Below are positions 1-10,869 of a DNA stretch of 64,000 nt, piece by piece (the stretch's first letter is position 1; every line of letters begins with the position of its first letter). A program made the position numbers and the translations under genes. Source of the stretch: Phoronis australis (taxonomy: Eukaryota > Animalia > Phoronida); assembly GCA_002633005.1 (NCBI GenBank), contig NMRA01000001.1, forward strand, positions 2,024,933-2,088,932, in the 5' to 3' direction. The notes beneath the pieces were generated by a model, which was given only the letters and a program-made list of their open reading frames with translations, did no database searches and had not been told where the DNA came from.

Positions 1-55
1 CACTCACATAAAAACGCGTGTAACTTAATGTATTCATGCCACATATTAAAGATAT

Positions 56-456
56 CATAGGCGGATTTAGGGGGGGAGGGGGGNNNNNNNNNNNNNNNNN
101 NNNNNNNNNNNNNNNNNNNNNNNNNNNNNNNNNNNNNNNNNNNNNNNNNNNNNNNNNNNNNNNNNNNNNNNNNNNNNNNNNNNNNNNNNNNNNNNNNNNN
201 NNNNNNNNNNNNNNNNNNNNNNNNNNNNNNNNNNNNNNNNNNNNNNNNNNNNNNTGGCTGGTGCAAGGAAAATTAAACAGCGGCAGCGTGAAGAAATATC
301 GAGTGCACCAATTTGGAATGGCAGTGGGGGGCCCAGAGCGCGGCGGAACCGTGTTCCCGTTTTTTTTGGGCCGCCAGTGCATACAATCGCGCTTTGCCCA
401 ATTCTCCGAGGCAACATCCTGGGTCCCCCTCTTATGGTATCCTAGATCCGCCACTG
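56..456. mobile_element. MITE with CA(G/T)xGGCGGAT...ATCCGCCACTG termini and 5-bp TSD (hAT5-like); contains an N gap
   Basis: Left end cataggcggattta at 56, right end tagatccgccactg at 443-456. Flanked by GATAT at 51-55 and 457-461. Confidence 0.7.
84..254. other. Assembly gap (N run)
   Basis: Run of n characters. Single-n joins also occur at 10402 and 20618. Confidence 0.98.
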
Positions 457-828
457 GATATAACTCACACTTCTTCTCGAGCTCTTGTTTCCTTTCCAAT
501 GCATGTAGCCATGTCAAGTGACCGTACAATAACCGTTTTCGATTAACGTCTATTGCACGGACACGTGACACGTTACTCATTGCACGGGCGTATCAAGATA
601 TAAAAAAGAAAATTCCTGAAATTTTAGGAACTGTCTACAGTATGAGGCAATTTTAGTTTTGTTTTATCGTAGTCGTTCGTAAATGTCACCTGGATATCAA
701 TAGTTGCGTGAACAGATTCCCTTTAGCTAGTCTCTTCGCTGACGCAGTTTTTAGTTCATCACGGGACACAAGACTACCTCAAACACAAATAGTAGGCTTA
801 TTATATATGTTTCTTAACTAATACTTAC

Positions 829-3800
829 TTTCACAGTGAGGCACGTAAATGGTTCCGTTGTAGCACGTGACTGACTTTGTCAAAGTTGTGTCGGGGTACT
901 GGTAACCCCCGTCGCACGTGTAGTTGATATTCTCGTCGTAGACAAGCAACGGCCCTGTTGCGTTGTGGGTCGCGAAGTTAACTTGAATTACTTCACATTT
1001 TGTTACTGTAAAAAGCGTGTAAATGAAGTTATTTCAGACCAGAGGTACCTCTGTACCCAGTCACATAAAGTTATACTCTGGATAACAACAAAATGCACAA
1101 AATCACCCTATCGCATGTGTTGAATAATGTTTTTGACATCACGTAATAATCATAGGTATCCAGCGGTTAACTTTTAAGTTTTATACAACCAAGCTCAGAG
1201 CTGACAGAATATCTAGAGTTGATTAACTATCGACTATTACCTCGGGAGATCACACGTGCAATGGCGACTGTAGCCTTGTTTCGATTTAATTTTTGCGACA
1301 GCCACAAAAATCTAGTTTGCACTGGTAGCTCTACCAATGAAACTTAAACTTTAAGCTTCCGGCAGTATCACGGGGATCCCTAACTCCAAAATTTCGAATC
1401 CAAACAACGTAAATGCGCCTATATTGGCTCATGTGTCTATATTAGAAATAATGCCAATACCAGGCATTATAGGCGTATGCGTTTGTACGCAAAGCATTTG
1501 GCTAAAACCAAAAGATGCTATATATACACGCACCTCGTTTGCATTTCAAAACATTCTCTGCTATTTTGCTCGTGGAATGCTGTAGAGAACTTTGCAAATG
1601 ATACCGGATTGGCACAATATGCCGAAACGTGCATGTATTTATTTCGAAACAACTTAATTTAAAACACTTACTTTGTTTTCTATTGAAAACTGTGGACACT
1701 TTATCTTGGTTTGGCCGGGAAGGTTGACTAGATAGTTTAAGCCAATCAAACGTGTTTCTTCCAAACATTTAACGATTCGGATTTGGCTCTTCCATTTTCG
1801 CATACAGTTCATTAAGGTTCTTAAAGGGACACTCCTTGAGGGTTGATAAGAAAAAAGGGTTTAAATTCGAACAATTGAAACAAAATCCTCTGGTGGAATG
1901 GACTGACGTATCTCGGCAAATAGTTGGAAAGATTCAGAATTTTAGTTCACAACTGAATCATCCAAAATGTTCCACACTGTCCAGGCATTTGTTACATATA
2001 CTGGGGTACCGTAAAAAGTTGCTTCACGTGTCCGAGGAAATGGTGCGTTGAACACAAACGTTTCACTAATAAATGTAAGCCAAATAGAACATACACACGG
2101 TGAGACCCTAATTTGAAGCCTGCTGAGCACTCAATTACGCATGGGCATTTTCATGTTCCCTCTTATGCATGTCAGGATCAAAGAATAATTAAAAATGTGT
2201 ATACAGATAGCTATTCGCCAGTGCACATAATTCCCGCCCGATTCGCTAGTCTAGGCACGCGCAAGGGGGACCCTAAAATGTCCGTGTAAACCTTTGTGCC
2301 CTGTCTTACCTACGCAGCCAACTGAAGACACGGAATCTTGGAAGCACGTTATCTTTTTCGTGAAGTCGTTGTCTGGAAACATGTGCCCAGGAGTACAACT
2401 ATACGTCACTTCTGTCTCGTATGTGACAATGGCGGTTGTTGGTGTCCTTGTAGTGTTACCACTGTCTGACACTAAACATTCTTTGACTAGAGTGGAACAA
2501 AACAGAACAAAATCACTTACAGGAGATATCTTCGAATACTAATGGCGCAGTACTAACCCACAAAGAGGAAACTGCATGAATGAGCTTTCACTTTGAACCC
2601 TTTGAAGTTTAAATTATTAATTTCCTATTTAAATTATTGCGGGGTCATATCAGTGAGAACACCAAAGCCATTGATTCAAGTAGTGACAAGAAACCGAAAA
2701 ACAATAATCTAAAGGGTGAAAATATTGAGTAAAGATCTCTTTTGGAACGCCGGGTTGTACACTTTTCACACCAAGGTACCGTTCTTTGGTTCCAAAAGGG
2801 ATCTTTACTCAATATTTTTATTACTTAAATGGAACCCAGTAATATACATAATCTAAAGTTTGTGTAAGATCCTAGAAAAGTGTCCATATTTTGTTAACTT
2901 CGGAGCGTCATATAATTATGAGAAATGGCTGACTGGATCCATGTGCGACTTTCACTTATACCATGCTTTCAGCAGCGATCTCCAAAATGTTTGGAATCGC
3001 CTTGCTTTTGCGTGAACTACAAAAAACTCGTGCTTTTATGATTTTCACAAAAAAATCAAAAGTTCCATAAAAAGAAAAAAAAATGGTGATTTGGAAATTA
3101 TAACACAGGCTTTGAGATTTCATCTTGAACAGTATATGAAACGAACTGTTAAGTTATTGCTAGCGTTGTTTTCAGCGATCAGTTTACCTTTTCTTTTTTG
3201 CTTAGTTTATTAAAAAAGACATGGTTAGTGATTCAAATATCAACGGTTTGGTTGGTAAACGGCCAATACTTAAATTTTCAAGACTTTCTACTTTCAGAGG
3301 GTTATTCTTTTACCGAGTTAGAATCTATTGTTTTATAGAGTAAGCAAAGCAGAACGACTGAGGAAGAAGACAGCCGAGCGTACACGCACAAGAGAGAGGT
3401 TCATGCCCAACACTTTCAAATTTGTAAAGGGTGTTCTGACCAGTGACCGTCTGAAGTGTACACAGGAGGAGCTGGAAAACCATCTGAAGGACGTGCACAG
3501 TGGCGTGGCCAGAACTATTCAGTTGGCGGACTTTGGTTGGTTGGATGTTGAGGATACACCAAGTGTAGTCTTGGAAATGGGCGACATCAAGTTCTCAGAG
3601 GGGAAGAATGACGTAGAAAAATCAGAATCTCGGTCAGCCCCAGGTCACTTCTCAAGGAGCTTAGAAATGATTGCTTATCAGAGCAAGGATCGAGACGAGA
3701 CCGGTATTGTATGGTGGGTGGCAAAAATCAGAGGTAGTGTTTTTTTTCACAGAAAGCGCTGGTTTATTGCGGGCCTCTCATCTCAGTGGCAAGGCTTGGA

Positions 3801-6800
3801 GGGCCTGTACTGTGTGTTTGAATTTTCTTTAACGGAACGAGGGCTCCAAGCAATGTGCTTACTGAACACGTGTCAGCACTTTTGTCACGGACAATTGTCC
3901 ATGACAACGTGAAATCACGCTATATTTATGATTTTTACTCACGACGAGTTCGTGTTACTCATGAAGACTTCAAATGCGTAGTACACCGTGACTGATGCGC
4001 ATTTGGGTAAACAGTTTCAAAATGTATTTGTTGACATCATGGCGACGCAGGAGTACAAGAATAAAATCACACAATGCTTTGGAAGTGTGAAAAACAATTG
4101 GGACTGTTCGAAAAGTTAAAATATGAATTGCGGCAACTAAAATAAACCCTATTGGTGATCAGGAGCACATAATATTCTTACTTGTGCAAGTCACCGATTC
4201 GTTCAACGTCAAGTTTCCGCCAGGCTCGCAGGTAGTGATGATATTTTCAACCCCTTTTGATATTTCATATCCTTTGGTGCACACGTAGTTTAGTGAATTT
4301 CCTACGTAGACTTTACTCCCGATGGTGGCGTTGGGAGCGGCGTTAGTTGAGTTCATAACAACGCATTCTGTAAGATTTCAAATAAAACTTTAGTAAAAGA
4401 AAGCATTCTACAAACTCTTTGCACTAATTATGTTGGAGAGTACTACACTCTTTTATCCCAGAAAGTATTCCGAAATTTACGTTTTCTCATTATGTGACAG
4501 AGAAAAGAGATTTGTATTTAAAGTCAAATAAAAATATAACACAGTTAATTAATTGCAAATTTCTGCGTCTGACTATCCAAAAACTTTAAAATATATTATC
4601 AATTTAAAATATAACGCCACTTGAATTTCCAAGCGTGATATCGTATTTTTGAGTCAAATTAAAACGTGGTCATTTTCATAATTTCGTAGTCAGGAAATGG
4701 TCAAGAACGCTGTCACTATACCTTCCAACTTTTTGCACACTCGCGCCAGCTGTTGAGTTTTTGCAATAGGTACCAAGTTGGTTTGGTTTGGTAAAAGGTA
4801 GAAGAATGCTGCTGCTTGTCCGGATTTTAAAGATCTGTATTCACACAATGCCTCCGAACCGTCCGTGAAGTATTTATTTGGGCCCTCAATGCCAATCCAA
4901 AAACTCGTTACTGTTTTAGGGCTGCGAGAAAAAAACATAAAATGATGGTTGAAACACAAGCTACAAAATCCTCGTTACAACGGGAACTGGTTACATTCTG
5001 AGTGAAAGTGGAAATTGTTTTGATCATAATGCAGTAATATTATCTTGGACTTACAGAAAAATGAGTACAGCAAGAAGTACGTTTCTTAAGTAATCCATCC
5101 TGATTACGGCGAATAAAATTGATATAAAGATGAGACGAAGGCACTTATTTGTTGATTCTGGCATCATCTTGCACCATCAAAAATAAAAAGTAACTAAAAA
5201 ACTCATATTAAATTCAGTTAAGTTTGAAAATATTTGGAGTTGGGTTGAATGATAATTATTTGGGCTTAAATTTCGACTGAATTAACTTGCGTTAAAATCT
5301 GTTTTATGACGTGTTTAACAAAAATGAAGCAAAAAGAGTATTTTCACACGCTCAACTAAGCTATGTCTTAACGACCTACACCGATTAGTGAACTAAGTAA
5401 CCTACAGCTTAAGTATCCGCAAAAAAAATCTGCACCCTCATCGTAGCTACAAGAACTCTACGATCGAAAGTTGTTTCAGTCGCAGTGTGAACAAATATGA
5501 CCACCAGGAGGCAAATCAAATTGCCAGGGACCCAAGACATTCAGTTCAAACATGTCTAAAATTGACTACATCATTTCGATTTGACTAAACACGTGATGCA
5601 GTCGGAGAAATAAACACAATGTGGTAGGCCTCAATCGACATGTTTTGGAATACATTCTCAGCAAGCACACCATAACAGTCAAACTTACGCGAAGTACAGG
5701 AAGGTTTTCTCGTCTTCATCCCATACGCTGACTAAGTGGGCACCTTTACTGACGCAATCACTCTCTGCCGCGTCCCATGTACTGATAGAGGATGATATCC
5801 AGTAGCAGTATAATTTATAGTAAACCCAGCCGGGCGGGCAGGAATCTATGAAAAAGGCAAGATTGGTTTGATTTGTACTGGTTACATAGTTAAAGTCAAA
5901 ACATTTACAAATTTTGCAAGCCAATCAGCTACCTTACTGCCACCAAATTTGGAACGACGTTTATTACCTATCAACACCTTAACGCTAAGACACTTGTCGT
6001 TTTTGTCGATTGTCTCATCAATAATGGATACAAGACCCATTTTACTGAAAAATATAAATTATCTTTAAAAGACATAACTGACACTGAACCATAAAAAACT
6101 ATGGTTAAAACCTATCCGGCTGATCATACAATCGATAAAATCTTTCACACGTTCAATCAAAATTTTGAATTCTTAGATCAACTAAACGCCATTAATCAAC
6201 AATCACAAGAACACAAAATATAAATGCAGCTTACCTATCTTGATGACACAAAAGGAAAGGAACACCTGAAAAAAAATTGCATAGTCCTTCATATAATAAA
6301 AACAGAATTTGTTAGCAGTTAGAGGCAATACGCGGATCCATACAGCACTTGACTAATACTCGACATATAGGTTATTGCAAAAGGGTTTACAAAAGTGATC
6401 TGACCAATATCAATGTCATAAAATGATTTAACCAGACACCAATGGTGTTTTTCGTATCTCAAGAGCTTTGAGTTTATTTGAAAAGGCACAAAAATTTGAA
6501 AAGGTGTCACAATTGACTCCAACTGCAGAGAAACAAAGCATGGATTTTCCAGACTGAACAGCTGATTTGCGGCCTTTGTATGCTCCACAGAGGGCGCGCT
6601 TTTCATTCATCCACTGAACACAATCTACACTGAACAACACAACTTTATTATTTTTCCAGCTTGGTGCAATCAGATTTGTTGAAAAATCCATGAGATCTGT
6701 GAATTTGGTGGTAAAATACAACAATTTTTGTTCTTTGCAATAAGACACTTTTTCTAACTTCTACGCATTGCAAAACAAATTAAAATTCCTGGAACAAATG

Positions 6801-8561
6801 AAACACAATAAATTCTCCGTAAAACCTCAGTGGTACTCCTTTGTGAATATTTTAAGCACACATTGAAAAGAGTTTTAATATTGTAGGTCAAAGGTCAGTT
6901 GGAATACTTCCATACGTTAAACAGCCATTATTATTATTAGAACATTTTAGTTCAAAACCTGTAAATGAAATATCTAAAATTTCAAAATTAATAAATTTTA
7001 TGCTACATCATACATTCCTTTTAGATTCATAAATTGTTTAACATTTGTACTCAAAGACGTGCGATCACTCGTGTACAGAACAATATAATGTATTACGTGG
7101 CAGTTCATAGTGGATCTCGTTTTGACGAAAGGACGTTTAACTTAAAAATGTTTCCTTCTTCATCAAACGTTTTTAGGATAAGCAGGGACAGGCATTAGTT
7201 AGGATTACCTTCTCGTAAGAGTTGCTGCTTAGATATTCACCTCGGTAAGGTACATTTATTGATAACTACACAACCTATAACAATACTGTTCTCCCGTGAG
7301 GTCCTGATACGAAACAAAATTTGGAAATCTCAACTAACAAAATTGTATTAGAACAAAAATAGAATTAAAATATGAAATAAAGATATTATGAACAAAGCTA
7401 GAATAACAGAGTGAGTGACCAAACAATGAAACGTTACACAGCTACCCGGATTTAAAGATACCTATGTATCCACTCTCTGCTGAAAGTATGAATCAAGATG
7501 TTTCCACAACACGGCACTAAACAAGAGGAATAAAGTAATGTATGCCAAAATTAGTACTGCTTTTATGGAAATAGAGATTGCCTTTGACCTATAATGACCA
7601 TTGTGAACTTGGTTTACTGGTTGAATTTTGTCACGCCCTGGAGACATCTGTACATAGCTAAACACACGTGGTAATCTCTCCGCACTAACAGTTCGAGCCA
7701 TCCCAAACGGTGGTGTATGTTGGCAGAATAGTTAATTTCCGTATTGACCAGTATTTGCTGTTACGGGGGTGAAATTCGATTACAGTTGCCCCCTTATCTG
7801 TCCACCAGTAGTCACTCAACCAGTTAGGGGTTCTGTTCGTACTAATGCAAGTCTCCCAGACATCGTTGATACTCAGACTATAAAAGCTCCGATCCAAAAA
7901 CCGATTTCAATAACTTTTCATTTAAACCGTATATTAGAGTTCAATGAATACGAAGTCATTATAGGATTTTAGTATAATGGTAGTACAGTTGACGGCATGT
8001 TGGCGAGCGGTTTAAAGGCAACAAAGCATGAAAAGGAGACTAACTCAACAATATAGATACCTAGTTGCAATGAAGCTGCACTTTAAAATTCACAATTTCA
8101 CGATACTACTGTTAATTTGAAACGTTCCTTACAATAGATGAGGTGCACTATTCGAGAAAGCGTGATGCGAAAAATGCAATAAAAAGCTCGAAAAGTTATT
8201 TGAAATGCTCTCTGCGATGTAGAAAGACATTTTCAATCGAGTTTTCCGAAAGTTTTCATTACAGTTTTCTAAATTATAATATTTTTATTAAGAAAAGACT
8301 TTGTCACGATAAACACAAGCATGTTTATCAGTGATTTTTATACTTCATTTGAACAGACCTAATTTTGGCTGCTGTAGGTTCTTCAAGCAGAATCTTTTCT
8401 TTCCTAAAACTGCGTTTTACACTCATGAAAATTCTTAAATCGTAACAGGCGTCAATTCCGAGTTCTATTTCTTAGCAATAAGATAGAAATGATCAAATTT
8501 CTAACAAAATTAAAGCTTCAATACTTACCAAGAAAATCGCAAGTTTAGAAGGATTCTCCAT
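829..8561 (-). CDS. Secreted or cell-surface C-type lectin-like + sushi/CCP domain protein (selectin-like architecture); 3'-partial
   Basis: Exons on minus strand, all GT-AG and phase-consistent: 8561-8529, 6265-6235, 5845-5689, 4921-4722, 4367-4182, 2486-2310, 1005-829. Translation begins MENPSKLAIFLVFLSFCVIKID (signal peptide), then SCPPGWVYYKLYCYW..TWDAAESDCVSKGAHLVSV..FWIGI..FTDGS..RVCKK (CTLD). Three phase 1-1 four-Cys exons follow (YVCTKGY, YSCTPGH, YTCDGGY), typical of CCP domains. No stop found; the gene continues left of 829. Confidence 0.88.
2719..2818. repeat. Short inverted repeat / hairpin (30-bp arms, 40-nt spacer)
   Basis: aaaatattgagtaaagatctcttttggaac (2719-2748) pairs with gttccaaaagggatctttactcaatatttt (2789-2818), one mismatch. 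Confidence 0.85.
3335..3650 (+). mobile_element. Decayed non-LTR retrotransposon fragment (Hero/R2-like, region just upstream of the reverse transcriptase)
   Basis: ORF 3328-3912 reads KAERLRKK..ERF..NTFKFVK..LKCTQEELENHLKDVHS..SAPG, the pattern that precedes RT in Hero-clade elements. Similarity is lost after SAPG. It lies antisense in an intron of the lectin gene. Confidence 0.7.
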
Positions 8562-9337
8562 TTTTAAAAACAAATTTACCCGGCAACAGTCAAACTATCC
8601 GAGTACACGCTTTTCACCATGAGATATGTCGACAATGTTTTAAAGTTTTACATGACCTTATAAAAAGGCTTATCACCAAATCCACTTTAAAACTTTGCAA
8701 GACTGACGACGTTACGTGAAGCGTGGGACAAAACCAAGTCAAAAATGTTCTTGAAACTACGTCGTTGACAAAAACGAGACATCCGTCAATCTCCAATATC
8801 ACACATTAGCGTATGCAGATTCCATCCTCTTGTTCCTACTATTGTATAGGTACAGTGTTTTGTTTATCTTGACAACATTGAAATCGAACTTGTATCCAAG
8901 ACGAAAATTTGAGCAAGTGAGAAGTACGCAGATTTTGCAAAAAGCATTACTTCTTAGCGGGGGATTGGTCGCATTTCCGTCTGGGCAATAAATTAATACC
9001 CTATTTATAAAGGTCAATCATCTCCCATAAAGTTACATATTTGTTCAATTACAAAAGGGGTTTTGTTTATTCAGCAGAACACACTCGAGGAGACCGTTCT
9101 CTAAAATGAGCAGTAATGTGTAGCGTATTGAAATACAGCCAAAAGTCTGAATGTGAAAACGCAATAAAGCTCGGATTACCGTCTGCAAATTTCGTTTAGT
9201 ACCTGGATTATCAACGTCATCAGTCAAACATTCACCAATGGGAACTCTGAAATTCTCTTTGTGCGGAGAAATTGGTCAACACTGCGATGCCAACGCGTAT
9301 TCTTAGGCAACACTAGGATGAGGTGACTACCTCAAAC

Positions 9338-9387
9338 CAAAACAAAACATAGCAAAACAAAACAAAACAAAACAGCGAACAAAACAA
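9338..9387. repeat. (CAAAA)n microsatellite-like tract
   Basis: caaaacaaaacatagcaaaacaaaacaaaacaaaac seen directly. Confidence 0.75.
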
Positions 9388-10040
9388 GTTGTTGCTTGGT
9401 GATCACGAATAGTACAGTCGCAAAGTACGTTTAGCGGTAATGAACTTGTTCCTTTCTTTAAGGACAAAGGTGTAAAATGAACTGACGACAAACATTTTGC
9501 GCATGAAATAATTTACACGTAGCTATATATAGTTTAACAACACACCGAGCACTAGAGCAAAATTCGCGTGGTAACGAAAACCATTTCTGCAATAAGTTTT
9601 TTATCATTTATTATAACTGTGTTCAAAGGCAACAATGTAAGCTTACTTTGGAGTAATTCGACGCTTAAGAAGTAAACACTTCTAACACCCCGGCCCTAGA
9701 TATGAAGATGCGGGGACTTCAGTTACAGAACTGTTTTTATTAAAATATAGCAATTCGGCATTACAGACACTTACAGGATGATAACGCTCATTCCCAACAG
9801 AAACAGGTAACAAAACTTTATGTGATTTGTTGGAAGTAAGAAACTTGTGTGAATAGATGTGAATGAAATTATCATGCAGTGCAACCAAGTGCTCACACTC
9901 AATACAGCGAACCTTATACAATCACAGAACCATGATGCATACTCAGCAAAAAAACAAGAACCAGAAACAAAGATAACATCTTAACAGTGCTGCCCGTATC
10001 TAGCACACGTGGTTCAGGGCACTCAATCTAAGCAATACTG

Positions 10041-10764
10041 CGTCCAAGCAATGCTCCGAAATGCTAACAAGCAATGCCTTGTTAGAAAAACTGAACTCAA
10101 TTCAGGCGCTTGATGAGACTTTTGAGCCACTGAAATGGGCAAGTGCCTAAATTCAACCCCCCCCCCGTCAGACTGACTGCCTACAGGTTTGTGTAGTTGA
10201 GAAGTCACCTAATACAAATACAAATATACAATGTCCAGGATATAAACAACCATATCATATAATTACACCAAACAGTTAAAACAACAAAGATCTAATTCTT
10301 GAATACAAAGGCATTGCAAAGAAGACATTTTATGCCTACCACAGATCTATCAATTCATAGAATACAAAAAGTATAGATCTTCCATTTCATATTATACCTA
10401 ANCGTCCAAGCAATGCTCCGAAATGCTAACAAGCAATGCCTTGTTAGAAAAACTGAACTCAATTCAGGCGCTTGATGAGACTTTTGAGCCACTGAAATGG
10501 GCAAGTGCCTAAATTCAACCCCCCCCCCCGTCAGACTGACTGCCTACAGGTTTGTGTAGTTGAGAAGTCACCTAATACAAATACAAATATACAATGTCCA
10601 GGATATAAACAACCATATCATATAATTACACCAAACAGTTAAAACAACAAAGATATAATTCTTGAATACAGAGGCATTGCAAAGAAGACATTTTATGCCT
10701 ACTACAGATCTATCAATTCATAGAATACAAAAAGTATAGATCTTCCATTTCATATTATACCTAA
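10041..10764. repeat. About 360-bp direct duplication separated by one N (probable haplotype overlap artefact)
   Basis: 10041-10401 is repeated from 10403, with about 3 substitutions and a C-run length difference. Confidence 0.9.
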
Positions 10765-10869
10765 AGAACACCTAACTCAAGCTCTGACAGATCTATCAAT
10801 TAATAGAATACAAAAAGTACAGATCTTCCATTTAATATAATACCTAAAGCACACCCAACTCAAGCTCTG
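10704..10869. repeat. 83-bp tandem repeat, 2 copies
   Basis: acagatctatcaatt...caagctctg at 10704-10786 and 10787-10869, with a few substitutions. Confidence 0.9.

Noticed and set aside
36-546. ORFs 36-521, 67-417 and 313-546
   Set aside because: They are open only because they span the N gap or the GC-rich MITE; no protein signal.
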